This document shows, in pieces, positions 11,072 through 23,130 of a stretch of DNA of 64,000 nucleotides; within the stretch, counting starts at the first letter, position 1, and every line of letters begins with the position of its first letter. This DNA is from the human T2T-CHM13v2.0 reference genome, Homo sapiens: NCBI RefSeq assembly GCF_009914755.1, contig NC_060932.1. The stretch is one strand, 5' to 3'. Under the pieces are notes generated by a model that ran no database searches, had not been told where the DNA came from, and saw nothing but the letters and a program-made list of their open reading frames with translations. A program made the translations under genes and the position numbers.

Positions 11072-11390
11072 CTCGTCACTCCGTGCCCGCTCGATCTTGG
11101 CCCGGAATTCTTCGATGGACTGGTGCAGGCCTCGGTGGCTGCCCAGCTGCGCCTCCACGCTGGGCAGGTCCACACCCCACTCAGCGCCATCCACACGGTG
11201 CTGGTTCTCCTCCACCCAGGCCAGCAGGTCCTGCAGGTAGCGCAGAGTGGAGTCCTCCAGCTCGGGGCGCCTCTGCACACTCTGCAGAGTCACCTGGGCC
11301 ACCTGGGTTGCAGGGGCCGCCACGCCTGCCTTCAGCCGTAGGTTGTACTCGGTGCGGATGGCTACCAGGCGCTCGTGCAGACGGTACACC
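11072..11390 (-). CDS. PLEC: PLEC exon 14
   Basis: VYRLHERLVAIRTEY...RARSDE; 319 nt. Confidence 0.93.
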
Positions 11391-11475
11391 CTGGGGCAGC
11401 AGAGGACTCAGGTAGGTGTTGGCGGGCCTGGGGCCGTGTGTACCTGGGCTTCAGGGAGGGCAGGGCGGGGCCCAC

Positions 11476-11630
11476 CTGCGGTACATCTGCTCGCCCTGCG
11501 GGTGCCGTCCATCCTTGAGGGTCTGCACGTCGTTGAAGAGCAGCCGGATCATGCTATCCGCCTTGTCCAAGTCCCGTTCCACCTCCCCCGCCCGCTGTGG
11601 CACTTTGCCTGCAGCCAGCAGCCGGACATC
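11476..11630 (-). CDS. PLEC: PLEC exon 13
   Basis: DVRLLAAGKVPQ...EQMYR; 155 nt. Confidence 0.93.
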
Positions 11631-12276
11631 CTGCAAGGTCGTTGCCATGACTCGGAGCACAGCTGATCCCCCTCTGACCTCACAGGGGCCCCGGCCAAGA
11701 CGGCCACCCTCAGCCGCTTCCTCAGCCTCAGTGGGCCACTGCCTCCATCCCTGTCCTTCCCCTTCCCTCCCTGCCCACCTCACACATCTTCCTACTGGCC
11801 TTCTGGGGGATTGGGACCAAGTCCAGAGTACTTAGCCCAGTCCAAGAACCGAGACCCCCATGACCATGTCTGTGGGGTCCTGGGCCTCATCCTCCATCAC
11901 CCACCCTGGGTAACTCCTCCTGTAATGCCACGTGGGCCCTGTCCTCCTGGGCAATCAGCAGTGGGTTGGGCCCTCCCCCAACCCCTCCCCTAACAGTAAG
12001 CCGCTGTCGGGGAGGGGGCCTGGCGGGGGCAAGGCAGCCCAGCGTGGGTTCTGCCCCGTGGCCAGAAACCAACTCTGCCCAAAGCAGGCAGTGAGAGTTA
12101 GCTGCACACGAGGAGGGAGGAGCTCAGGCCTGGATTCCCCACCACATGCCCCGCCCCTGCCCCTGCCCCTGCCCCAGGAGCCCAGGGGGACAGCCCCCTC
12201 CTGGCTTTAGGGCTGCAGGGCGGGGCAGGCTCCTCCGGCCTCCCTCCCGCCCACTGCCTGCCCCACACCCCCTCAC

Positions 12277-12370
12277 CGACTGCAGCAGGGCGTCGGCCTG
12301 GTTCAGCTGCTCCTCACACAGCCCCGCCTCCATCTGCAGCTTGGTCACGATGCGCTGAAGACACTCCAGC
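12277..12370 (-). CDS. PLEC: PLEC exon 12
   Basis: LECLQRIVTKLQMEAG...ALLQS; 94 nt. Confidence 0.93.
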
Positions 12371-12596
12371 CTGCAGCAGCAGCACAGGGAAGGGGCCGCG
12401 TTGGCCGGGTCCGGCACAGCCCTGGCCACAGACTGCAGCTCGCCTCCCGCTCCGGTCTCCCTGGCTGTGGCCCACTGTCCTAAGGCGAGTGGGAGCTTGG
12501 GTTCCCCCGCCGGGGGCGGGGCGGGGAGGGGGGTTTCCTTCCCAGGCAGTGACACACCCTCGGGTGGTTCCCCTGCCACCACAGGGCCCCACCCAC

Positions 12597-12724
12597 CTCT
12601 CAAACTCGCTGCGGAGCTGCTTCTCCCGCTCCAGGATGGCCACGTGCAGCTTGCCCCACTCCTTCTCCACATCCAGCGGGTGGTAGCCAGGGGGCACCTT
12701 GAGCTGGCCTGCTTGCACCGCTCC
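12597..12724 (-). CDS. PLEC: PLEC exon 11
   Basis: GAVQAGQLKVPPGYHPLDVEKEWGKL...SEFE; 128 nt. Confidence 0.93.
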
Positions 12725-12913
12725 CTGTAGACAGGGGCCACACTCAGGCCCTATAGGCAGGGGGCAGGGGGTGGGGCGCTGGGCCTTCAGACCCCAGCCC
12801 ACCAGACCTGGGACAGCCCTGGTCCCAAAGGCAGGGCCAGGTCGGCTCCGGAAGAACCTTTCAGGCCTGGGGCGTTCCAGGACACCACCCACCCCTCCAG
12901 CGGTCCCACTCAC

Positions 12914-13009
12914 CTCCAGGGATTGGTAGATGCCCTTGGACCTGTTCTTGTCGGCCTCCTTGGCTGGTAGCTCCATCTCCTTAAACTTCAGGAACTGAGA
13001 CCACAGGAT
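12914..13009 (-). CDS. PLEC: PLEC exon 10
   Basis: ILWSQFLKFKEMELP...YQSLE; 96 nt. Confidence 0.93.
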
Positions 13010-13088
13010 CTGCCAGGGACGAGGCTGTCGGCAACCACGCCGGGCTCTCAGGGCAGGCCCAGGACCCCGCCCCCCACGGCAGGCCCAC

Positions 13089-13208
13089 CTCAATCTCCTC
13101 GAAGCTGGAGGGGAACCTGCGTTCCTCAAAGGCGGCCGTGTGGTGTCGCATCCACTGAAGCAGCAGCAGCACCAGCTCCCGGTACTCCTGCCAGCGCAGC
13201 TGCAGCTC
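13089..13208 (-). CDS. PLEC: PLEC exon 9 (start of the plakin domain)
   Basis: ELQLRWQEYREL...SFEEIE; 120 nt. Confidence 0.93.
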
Positions 13209-13289
13209 CTGCGGGCAGGCACGGGCGGCTGTCAGGGGTCGTCGGGGCGTCCAGGCCCAAGCCCCCTGCCCTCCGGGCCCCCCACTCAC

Positions 13290-13396
13290 GTTGGCCCTCA
13301 CCCCATCCTGCACGTCCGGCACGCGGGGCATGGCGTCATACAGCGACGAGACGTAGGTGATGATGGACTTCTCGTCGGGCTGAGGGACATCCACGT
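13290..13396 (-). CDS. PLEC: PLEC exon 8 (end of CH2)
   Basis: VDVPQPDEKSIITYVSSLYDAMP...; 107 nt. Confidence 0.94.
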
Positions 13397-13476
13397 CTGC
13401 AGGGAAGGGCAGCTCAGCGGTGGCTCTGGGGCAGGCAGCAGGGGAAGGGACAGGGAGGAAGGCCACGCAGACGTAC

Positions 13477-13592
13477 CCTCAGGGTCCAGGAGCCGCGTCA
13501 CTCCCAGGTCCCGCTCCGCCACAGAGAAGGCCTGGTCCAGGTTCTCCAGGTTGGTCTGCCGGTACACCTTGTTCATGTCGATGAGCAGGGGC
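13477..13592 (-). CDS. PLEC: PLEC exon 7 (CH2)
   Basis: PLLIDMNKVYRQTNLENLDQAFSVAERDLGVTRLLDPE; 116 nt. Confidence 0.94.
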
Positions 13593-14126
13593 CTGGGACA
13601 AGCAGGTGGCTGGTCAGGTGGGTGGGACAAGACCAGCGGCCACACCACACAGGCGGGTGCACAGGCCGGCTCCTCACACATCCCAGCAACCATGGACCCC
13701 CCCAACACTCACCCTGAAAAATACACTGTCACATGGGCAGAGCTGAGAGCACCCTGCCACCCCCACACCCAGAAGCCCAGGGGCACAGCACAGAGGACTG
13801 CGCAGAGCTGAGGGTGCCAGGCAGCTGGGGTTCCCTGCAGCCACCCTCCCCACCAGGCCCCTCCGGAGGCGTCCACAGAGGGCACATGCACCTGGCTGTG
13901 AGGACCAGCAGCCCGCGGGCCCTCCAGTCTTGAGATCAAGTGGTGGTGCTTCTGAAGGACACCAGGGTGGGGCTGGGCCCTGAACTCCACCACCCCGAGG
14001 CGGCCAGCTGGCACTCATCCCTGTTCCTCCTGCCCTCCTCCCTGCCCCAACGTGTCTGAAGTTGCCTAGTGGAGGCGCTGTGGGGGTGCCCCCAGCCCAC
14101 AGCCCCCTGCCCCCGGGGCCATGTAC

Positions 14127-14293
14127 TTGTGCCGGTGGATGATGGCATTGAAGAGGCGGCCGTCTCTCCAGCTGGAGGTGAAGTTGTCGCATCGCAGGCC
14201 CTGGTACCCCTCCACCATTCGCTGCGACCACAGCAGCAGCTTCTCCTTGGCCGTCATGTCCTCCGACTGCCCACTCACCTGGATATCTGAGAT
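14127..14293 (-). CDS. PLEC: PLEC exon 6 (CH2)
   Basis: [24 protein letters not shown]...NAIIHRH; 167 nt. Confidence 0.94.
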
Positions 14294-15257
14294 CTGCTCA
14301 CAGCAGAGAGGAGGCCACAGCTCAGCCACAGCCACCAGGCCTGCTCTGTGCCCACAGCCACATGCACAGGGGCAGGGGTAGCTCAGCACCCAGGGGGAGT
14401 GCATGGGGCCACCAAACCAGCCAGGGCAGCACCGGGCTCCAGGGCCCTTCCCTGTTGGGAAGCTGCTGGGACTGGCCATGCCTCGGGGCCACAAGTCCAG
14501 CCACTCCAGCCGGTGGCAGCTGCCACCACGCAGCTCAGAACCCCCAACCCTCACTGCCACCACACAGCAGGTGCCCACTCCCCTAGCTGGGGAGGGCTAG
14601 GCTGCACCCTGCACCTCCCGGAGCTGGGATGGAGCAGAGTGGAAGGGCAGTGGGCATAAGAGGAACCCACAAGTGTACCACTAAACCTGGCCCAGAACCC
14701 CCAGGCCTGGAAAAGGCTGGGGGTCGAGCTCCATCGATGGTTGCAGGCTGGCAGGTGGGGCCTCTGGCAGCCTGGCTTTACACTCAGTGGCATGCTCAGG
14801 CCAGGTTCTGCCCACCCACCCCTAGCTGCCTGTCGTCCTGCCAGCCTGTGTGACTCAGCTGCCGTGCCAGCACCAGGCTCTGCCTGCTCAGCTCTCAGAT
14901 TTGTGGTTTCCTGTGCAGCCAGGACAAGCAGCGGGTGAGTCAGCCTGTGCTGCGCAGAAGCCTCCCCAGGGCAGGCACCGGGGCCTGCATTCCTCCACAG
15001 GGAGGCTCTGGGCCCTGCCCAGCCAGGGCCAGAGGGCACGGATAGGTGGCCTCAGAGAGAGGCCTGTACCCTCAGGCCACAGATCCAGTCCAGGGTTGCG
15101 GCTGGCAGGAAGGCACCCAGGTGCCACCATACCTACGGCGCCAGTCACCTCCCAGGCCACGCCCTAGCCAGAAAGCGGATCAACCCGCCAGCCAAGGAGC
15201 CCAGGCTACCCTGGAAACTCCTGCAGGGGGTGGGGGTCCTGGGGGCAGCCGTTCTAC

Positions 15258-15350
15258 CTGGAAGTGCAGAATGATTGTCCAGATGAGGCCAAGGGTCAGC
15301 TTGGGGTTGCCGTCAGCGATGTCATCATTCCTGATGTTCACCAGCTTCAC
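15258..15350 (-). CDS. PLEC: PLEC exon 5 (CH1)
   Basis: [31 protein letters not shown]; 93 nt. Confidence 0.94.
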
Positions 15351-15443
15351 CTGTGAGCGAGGGGCTCTCGGTCACGGCCCACAGGGCGGGGCTGGCTTGG
15401 TGAGGGGTCTGGGTGGGGCCCAGGGCCTGCCGGGCAGCCTTAC

Positions 15444-15521
15444 CTGGCGGTGCCGGAGGTAGTCCAGGGCAATCTGGACATTCTGCAGCTTGTGGAAACG
15501 CATCCTCCCCTTCTCCCGGGG
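15444..15521 (-). CDS. PLEC: PLEC exon 4 (CH1)
   Basis: [26 protein letters not shown]; 78 nt. Confidence 0.94.
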
Positions 15522-16027
15522 CTGTGGGGAGGCACAGTCAGCACCCACAGTGCAGCTGCAGCTCCCGGGCCCCACCCTCAGCATGCCCCAAAGCGCCGCA
15601 GCAACCGAGCCAAGGGTCTTCCCCAGGGGGCAGCAGCCCCTCATCCCAGGTTCACCCTCCCCCGCAGGGAAAGGGAGGCCACCGGCCCAGGGGCCAGGCC
15701 AGGCCCATCAGGGCTCGGGAAGTCCAGCGACCCAGGCTGAGGGAAGGAAGGAAGGGGTGGGAGGAGACAATAGCCAGGAAGCCTCGTGTGGAGGGCAGTG
15801 GCACTAAAGGGGGGGTCCTCCTGCCTGGCGGTGGCAGCCACAGCAGCCACCGGTGGGTCCCAGGCCAGCTCTGGGCAGCACGGTGGACGGGCAGCTTGAC
15901 ACCCAACCACCTACCCGCCCAAGAGCCAGGCAGGGGTTGGCCGACGGGCCACCAGCCCCCAGAAAGCCGGGCTCCACGGTCTTGGGGAGCTCCCGTGCCG
16001 CTGCAGCCGGCAGGCACAGCCACTCAC

Positions 16028-16063
16028 CAGGCGTGAGCTCCTGCTTACGTCCCGCTCCCTCGG
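16028..16063 (-). CDS. PLEC: PLEC alternative microexon 3alpha (36 nt, PRERDVSRSSRL)
   Basis: Long pyrimidine tract + gcag|CCG...CTG|gtgagt; phase 0-0 between exons 3 and 4. Confidence 0.88.
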
Positions 16064-16429
16064 CTGCCCGGCCAGAGCAGGGCAAAGGGTAAAGGGCAGA
16101 GGTCAAGGTTCAGAGTCCAAGCAGCAGAGAAACCAAAGCAAAGCGGAGCATGAGGTTACTGTGTCCCGACGCGGAGGGCGGCAAGGCCCAGAGCAGCCGA
16201 GGTCCGAGGGTTGCGGCCACTCCCAGGCCAGGCCCTCGGCTGTGATGCCCAGCAGCCTGGGCGGGAGGTGCTGCCAGGGACGAGGCCAGCCTGCCCCCAG
16301 GGAGAAGGCAGGAGGGGTTGAGCTGGATTCCAAGTAGAGTGGGCGGCCGGAGAGGCCCCAAGGAGGGAAGGCAGGCAGAGGTCTCCAGGTGGGGCAGGCG
16401 GGGCCCGGAGGGGGCAGGGGCACACGTAC

Positions 16430-16519
16430 CAGGCTGTCCCCCGAGAGGACCTCCAGCAGGGAGATGAGGTTGTGGCCATCGCGGAGGTCTTCATACAGGT
16501 CACTGATGTGCCTCTGGGC
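16430..16519 (-). CDS. PLEC: PLEC exon 3 (CH1)
   Basis: [30 protein letters not shown]; 90 nt. Confidence 0.95.
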
Positions 16520-16679
16520 CTGTGGGGACAGCAGCGGCTGAGGTGGCCAGTCCCCCAGAGCCACCAATAGGCCCTGAGTGGCTGATCTACAGAGTGGGTG
16601 CTGGTCCCAGAGGGAAGGAGGCGGGGGCTGAGTCTCCCGGGAGCCCACGGAACACACCCTGCCCCACGGAGGCACCTAC

Positions 16680-16694
16680 CTCTGCCCGCCAGTG
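16680..16694 (-). CDS. PLEC: PLEC alternative microexon 2alpha (15 nt, HWRAE)
   Basis: ttgcag|CACTGGCGGGCAGAG|gtaggt with a very long upstream pyrimidine tract. Confidence 0.9.
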
Positions 16695-16909
16695 CTGCAA
16701 GGAGAGACCAGGAAAGACCAGAAGGAAGAGGAGGAAGAGAGAGGCAGGAGCAGGCGTAGGGAAGAAAGAGGACAGAAAATAACAGGTTTCAGAGATGAAA
16801 GGTGAGCACACAGGCAGCATGGGGACAGCCTTGGGCGGCAGGGGCCACCCTCCCTCAGCGCCTCCCACAGCCTCAGCCCCTGTGACACGCACCAGCATGC
16901 GCCACCAAC

Positions 16910-16971
16910 CTTGATGAGGTGCTTGTTGACCCACTTGGTGAAGGTTTTCTTCTGCACACGATCCCGCTCAT
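16910..16971 (-). CDS. PLEC: PLEC exon 2, common phase-1 acceptor for all first exons
   Basis: ccccag|ATGAGCGG; (D)ERDRVQKKTFTKWVNKHLIK; 62 nt. Confidence 0.96.
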
Positions 16972-17628
16972 CTGGGGGAGACAAGACCAGCTTACCTGGG
17001 GCCTGGGAGAAGCCCCGGGGGCCCTCAGGTGACCACCGTGCAGACACAGCAGCCTGGCTGGCCAGGTCCTGCCTGGGGAGCCCCAAAGCCTCCCTCAGAT
17101 CACACACTGAGACCCAGGCGCCCTCACCCGCAGCCCAGCCACACAGCAGAGACCCAGGTGCCAGGGGCCCAGGCGCCACCAGGTGCAGCCACCCCACCCC
17201 GGACTCTTCCCCCGAGGAAATGGGAGGGTCCTGGGCGCACCCTGAGCCCAGGGCACACAAGTCCCGTCCTGCAGTCCCCCCCGGCCTCTACAGACTGAGA
17301 CCCAAGCAGGGGTGTGGCAGAGCCAGGGCCCGGGCCCGCTGGGGTGTTGGAAGGGAAGCCGCGTGTGCTGCTGACAGGGCAGCGAACCTTCCCCAGAGCG
17401 CAGAGTTCCTCGCCCTTCCAGGCCCGACATCTGACGCTCGGAGGCCCCCGTCAGCCTCGCGGGCGCCTGTCGGCCCACTCCGTGTTGGGTGGGGATGGCT
17501 GGCCCCCGACCCCCATCTCCAAGACCAGCCCCCCAGCGGTGCCAAGGCTTTCCTGCCACAGGAAGTGGGCCTTCCTCCCGCAGGGGCCCGCCCTGCCTGG
17601 CGGGGGTGCCCGAGGGGAGCCCTGCTAC

Positions 17629-17740
17629 CTTTCTTGCCCTCAGAGGCCCTGAGCACAGCCAGGTACAGGTTGTCCTCCGAGCTGGTTCTCTTTCGGCCCA
17701 GGCCCTCGGGCTGCGGCACGCGGAGCTGGTGCTGAGACAT
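17629..17740 (-). CDS. PLEC: PLEC alternative first exon 1a (coding part)
   Basis: MSQHQLRVPQPEGLGRKRTSSEDNLYLAVLRASEGKK + G|gtagc; 112 nt. Confidence 0.93.
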
Positions 17741-18576
17741 GCTGCCCCCACACCTTCGTCGCCCGGACCCTCGGCCTCAGGCACGGTGCTCTGGGCAGCC
17801 CCGTGTGGCACACAGGCAGCTGAAGGCTGGCGGCCCCACGAGACGCTCACTCGGCACAGGCTCAGCTCAGAGCCCCAGTCGGTGCGGCCACTCCCTGCCT
17901 GCTGTACTCCCCGGCGAGGCCGGCCCGCCCCCGAGGCCCCACCCTGCCCAGGCCGCCGCCAGGGAGGGGAGTGTCCCGGCGGGAAGGAGCAAGCAGCCCC
18001 CTCCCCCACAGACACGCCCTCGGCCCGCCAGAAACAGGAAACCGGGGTTTCCTCACCCACCCCGACCACTGCAGCCCCCTAGGGGGACCTGGGGACACGG
18101 GGAGCTGGCACTTCACTGCACACCAAATGGTGCCAGGACCGCAGAGGAACACAGGCCGTCCCCACAGCCACCCAGAAGGACCCCCCAACAGACTGAAGGG
18201 CTCCCCCGACGGGAGGGGCTCTGAGGCCACGCCTCTCTTTGGAGCTCCCTCCAGGCCTGGGCCAGGCCCTGCTTCAGCCTCTGCCCACCCACCCTGCCAG
18301 GGCGGACTCAAGAAGCCGCTGATACCTGGCGAGGGGAGGGGACCTGCTGCCTGTCAGCTCTTGCAGCCCCCCAATCACACCTCTTCACAGACCTGCATGA
18401 AGCGGGGAGCACACCCTGCCCCATGGTGCCTGCCCTGGCCCTGGGGCCAGTGGGGTCCCACCCCAGGCCTGGCCCCTCCCAAGCTGCCCACCTGGCACAT
18501 CCTGGAGCAGTGCCCACCTGCGGAGCCCACCCTGCCCCAGGCAGACACCTCACGTCGGAGGCGCGTAGCTGAGGGC

Positions 18577-18682
18577 TGACTCACGGAGGCCGGGCCTCAT
18601 GGGGGAATGGAGCATCGGGAAGCCCCAGGAGGGGCCTCGCCAGTGAGTCAGGGATGGGGAGGGGGCCCAAGCCTGTGACTCA
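18577..18682. promoter_or_regulatory. Cluster of three AP-1 (TGASTCA) sites upstream of exon 1a
   Basis: TGACTCA at 18577, TGAGTCA at 18644, TGACTCA at 18676. Confidence 0.55.
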
Positions 18683-20669
18683 CAGAGGGGAAGCCACACC
18701 TGAGGCAGGACCTGGGCGACCCCAGGGGTGGGGGGTGCTGTTTGCAGCTGGGTGGGGCTCAAGGGAAGCAGTCTCATGCTGTAAAGGGCAAAGGGCAAAG
18801 GGCCTGCGCTGGCTGGGGCCTCCGGCTCCCTGGGGTCCGGGGCGGAGCTGCCTCTGGCCAGCTTCTGGGCCTGCCCAGCCCACCCGACCACCATAGGAAA
18901 GAATGCGCTGCCCCAACCACAAGAATGTTCCAGCCGCACATCAGGCAGATTCGGTCCAGCTGGGAGCTGCACTCGGCCTCAGTTCTGGGAAGAGCTCACC
19001 CCACCTCATTCCTACTGCCCCTGAGGCCGTGAGGGGGCACCAGAACCCTCACAATGGGGGGTGCCCAAACCCCTCAGAGGTGGGGAAGCCCCCACTCCAC
19101 GCCAAGGGGCACAGCCAGCCCCTAGGGCTCTGCCACATCGTACACGCCGCCCAACGAAGACACCCCTTGGTCTCCATGCATGGTCTCTGAGCCTGGCATG
19201 AGATTCAGGGTGACCCTCTTGCTCTGCCTGTCCGGCCCAGCAGCCTCCAGAACCTCAGGAGTCACCAGAAGCCCCCAAATCAAAATCTGACCCCGCACTG
19301 GTCAGCACCTCCAGTCTTGTGCCCAAGGGCACCCCGGACCCCACACCTCTGCTGCCCCTCCCTGGGTCCAAAGCCTCTGGAAACACTGTCGCCTCTTCAG
19401 AAGCCCTGGGCCAGCAGCTACCCTGAGGCCAAGCCCCGCGCCTGCTGGGTATGGGCTCTGGGGGCCCGGCCGTGACCAGGTGGCTCCTGCCTGCAGGAAC
19501 GGGGCTGCCACTCTGCTGAGGCACAGTGTGAGATCCCGGAACAGCCAGGGAGGTGGGCACAGGGAGTCCACGACAGCTGGAAACTGGGAGCCGGGGCCAA
19601 GGTCCAGGACCCACGTGGAGCCCACCCCAGCCAGGCCCCTGTTCCAGCCTTCTCCCTGCCACTAACAGGCCTCCAAAGATGCCGCCCTGGGCCGGGCCAG
19701 GGTCAGGAATGGGGCAGGGGCTCAGGGAAGGGAAGGGGCACGGTGGGGACTCCAGACACGGACTCGGGCAAGGCTGGGACCGGGTGAGGAGAAGGGCTGG
19801 GGCGGGGCAGGGCTGGGACCAGGTGGGCTGGGGGCTCGGTCAGGGGCCTCCACCTCCCAAGCCTGGCTCAAGCTCCCCTTCCCTACTTCCTGCCTCTGGG
19901 TGCCTCTTTGCTCTGAGCTCTTCCCTCCTCATCACCTCCCCTCCCTCCCAGCCCAGCCTGCCCCGCCCCATCCATCCTATTCTGACCCTAAAACCAACAG
20001 ACACACCCGCCCCACCCAGCCAGGCTACACCCACCCTCTACAGCTGCAGCTCAGCTGGCTCTCCCACCTGGGACGCACCCAGAACACCCCCAGCTCAGGT
20101 GCCTCTGCACACCTGCCTGACACCTGTGCTGTCCAGGGCTGCTGACCCTCGGCCGCCAGCCCAGGGTCCCTCACGACAGGCACTGCCGTGGCCCTCTGAG
20201 GAGTATCGCCCCCGTTTTACAGGTGTGGACCCTATGGCTGAGGTCCCGCAGCTAGTGGAGACGGTCCTAGGATGGAAACCCCAAGACTGGGAAGGGAATC
20301 CCACTGGCCCAGGACTGCAGCAAGTCCACAGAAGGCCTGGAGCCCCGCCTTCAGCACCTCCTCCCTCCCCCGTGTCCTGGAAACCCAGGCCAAAGCCCAG
20401 GCTGACGTGGAACAGCCGGGGGTGGGCCAGCCCCGCCCCCTCCAGCCCCGCCCCCTCCAGCCCCTTCTCTAGAGACAAACAAATGGGGGTAGGGGAACAT
20501 CACCCCGCCTTCCTCCCCAGGTGTTTCCGGAGCTCGGGGGCAAGGCTGCACCGGGCCAAGGCGCCACCCCCATCCCAGCCCAGGCGGCGGTTCCCAGCAG
20601 AGACCCAGCCCCACTAGGTGAGAGCGATGGTGGCCCCTTCTGTGCCACCGGCCACGCCACTGCACCCAC

Positions 20670-20793
20670 CTACGCAGCACAGCTGCTGGTAGAGGTAGCC
20701 CCTGCGGGCCGGCTCGCAGCCCCCGTCCAGCCAGCACGGCCGCTCCAGCAAGACCTCCCTCGGCGAGGCAAAGGCGCCCCCCGCCCCCGACAT
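20670..20793 (-). CDS. PLEC: PLEC alternative first exon 1g (coding part)
   Basis: MSGAGGAFASPREVLLERPCWLDGGCEPARRGYLYQQLCCV + G|gtgggt; 124 nt. Confidence 0.9.
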
Positions 20794-22056
20794 GCCGGCC
20801 ACGGCCGGAGCCCTGGTTCGGCCCACGGACAGTGCGGGGAGCTGGACCGCGGCGGCGCCTCTGCTTCCAGCCCACGCTGCGAGGCTGCCGGCTTCGCTCT
20901 CCACCTCTTCCACCTCCCCGCCACAATCCGCCCACTGCGGGAGCGAGGCCCAGACCCAAAGAACCTGCCCCTGGCGCGCAGCCCCGCCCAGCGCAGCCAG
21001 GAAGCCGCGCCCCAACCCACGGGCCGGGCTGGGAGGCTGCCCTGGGACTGAAGCGGCATGGGAGGGGGCCTCCCAGCAGGATGTGCGGTGGGGACTGCAG
21101 GGCCCAGGGAGGAAGGCAGGGCATGGGGCCAGGTGGTGGGCAGACAACGCTGGAGGCAGAACCGAGGAGCTGAGCCGCGTCTGGCACCACCAGGGAGTAG
21201 AGGCATCCTGTGAGCCAGGACCGTGGCCGAAGGGGGCAATTGTGGGCTGAGGTGGGGAGGCAGGGACAGTGTCTGGTCCCCAGCCAAAAACATGGATGGG
21301 GAAGAAGCCCTCAGCCCAAGTCCCATCCTGGCAGCTGAGTCCCCGGCAGCTCCGGGCGTCCCCAGCGCCACGCCTAGAAGCCCCATCTTGACTCATCTCA
21401 AGTCCGGGGATCCAGCAGAGGAGCTGAGCCAGGCAGCGCCCTCACTGCAGGAGAGGTCTGGCCAGCCAGGTCCCCGATAGGCAGTCCCTCTGGCCAGAAG
21501 CCCATAATTGAGGCTGCCCAATCCCCAGGGCCCCGCCCCATCCTGTGCTGGGCACGGTTGCCACCTGGGACCACAGCCCAGGAGCTGGTGACTTTGAGCA
21601 GGGAGGGCAGGGCACAGCCTGGCTGCCCCCGCCCCCTGTGCGGCCCGAGGGCATGAGGGCACCTGCCTCACCTGCGTGTGGCTCCACCCCCTGCTGTGTG
21701 TGCAGGGAGCCACCTCCACCTCAGTGCTGGCCGGACAGGCACCTGCCCACTTGTCCCTGCCACGGCGGCTGCCACAGGCCTCCCTTCGTGTGGGGGACGC
21801 TCCTGCCCTGCCGGCCTCCGCTTCCACCCACCTGTCCCGCACAGGCTGCAGGCTGAGGGCCACTGCAGAGCCCGCCCCGCCCTGGGACTGCAGCAGGGTC
21901 AGGGTCTACACTGCAGGGTGGGGTGGAGGGGCAACACTGCTTTCACTGACATTCAGCTTGGAAACAGGAAGGGGAGGGCGCAGGGAATGAAGGGGCAGGA
22001 GGCAGGCGGCCCCTCTGCCCCGCCTCGAGTCCCTGGCAGCCACCAGCGGGGCTTAC

Positions 22057-22168
22057 CTTGCTCGTCCTGCGCCCACCGACGTCCCCTGCGCCAGTGCCAC
22101 ACAGCGGCCAGGGTGACAACGTGACCCACAACCACCAGGGAGGGAAACAGGCTGCCCGAGGGCTCCAT
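22057..22168 (-). CDS. PLEC: PLEC alternative first exon 1b (mitochondria-targeting isoform)
   Basis: MEPSGSLFPSLVVVGHVVTLAAVWHWRRGRRWAQDEQ + G|gtaagc; hydrophobic anchor followed by basic residues. Confidence 0.92.
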
Positions 22169-22925
22169 AGCCGCCACGCGGAGCCGCCAGGGCTGCCCTT
22201 CCTGCGCTGGGAACCGGCTGCTCCAGGCTAGACAGCCCCCTCCCTGCGTGCAGGGCGAGCGAGGGGGAGCGCCGGGACCGGAGCCTGCCCTGCCCGCAGG
22301 ACCGCCCCATACGCGGCGGCAGCCCCACAACAGCTCCCGCCCGCCTCCTCTCCTCCTCCCTCCGCGGGTCCGGCCCTCGGCGCCTCCCCACCCTCGCTCC
22401 CCACCCGGCCGGCTCAGCTGTCCCTGCGCAGGGCTACTGACGCTCAAGGTTAGTTGGCCTTAACCCCTGCGTCCCCGCGGCCACACCCGCCGGGAGGAGG
22501 GGCCAGCCGCACGCCTGGCCAAGCCGCAGCCCCCCAGCACTGCCCGCGGCCTCGGCACACACCCTCCCTCCCTCCCAGCCTCCCCCTGCTGTCCCCACCA
22601 GAAGAGGGGCCCGAGCAGCCCACTCTGCCTCCAAGGCTGCCCTCTGGGGACAGCTGGCAGGCATGGAGGGATGCCAGAGCCCCCACCTCAAGCCTGCAGC
22701 TGAACCCACTGCACTCCTTCAACTTCGCCCTCCTCACCAGCCCCAACACCCCAAAAGTGAGACTGCAGACCAGGGCTGAGGGGGTCTGGGTGAGGGCACA
22801 TGAGGCAGGCTGTGTGCAGGGCGAGGGACAGCGCCCCTGGCCTCCAGCCTCAGCCCCAGCCCTCTGGCCCCTGTCCCCAGCAAGGGGCCAGGATTTCACA
22901 AGGCTTTCAAGGGCTGCCCACCTAC

Positions 22926-22941
22926 CGGGCACGATCTTCAT
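22926..22941 (-). CDS. PLEC: PLEC alternative first exon 1d (coding part, MKIVP)
   Basis: ATGAAGATCGTGCCCG|gtaggt; 16 nt, phase 1. Confidence 0.88.
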
Positions 22942-23118
22942 CGGGGACGGTGGCAGGAGCCCACGGGGCAGACGGAGCGGGCCAGGGGTGTGGGAGGTCA
23001 CAGGCCCCTCGGAGGAGGCACAAGCCACTGGCGGCAGCGTCGGGTGGGAGGAGGGCACGGCCGTGCTGCTGTCAGCAGCAGCTTGTGGGGGAGGGGAGCA
23101 GTGGGCAGGGGCCCAGGG

Positions 23119-23130
23119 GATATAAATATC
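23119..23130 (-). promoter_or_regulatory. TATA-like element (TATTTATA on the minus strand) upstream of exon 1d
   Basis: Isolated AT-rich gatataaatatc in GC-rich DNA ~180 bp upstream of the 1d ATG. Confidence 0.45.
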
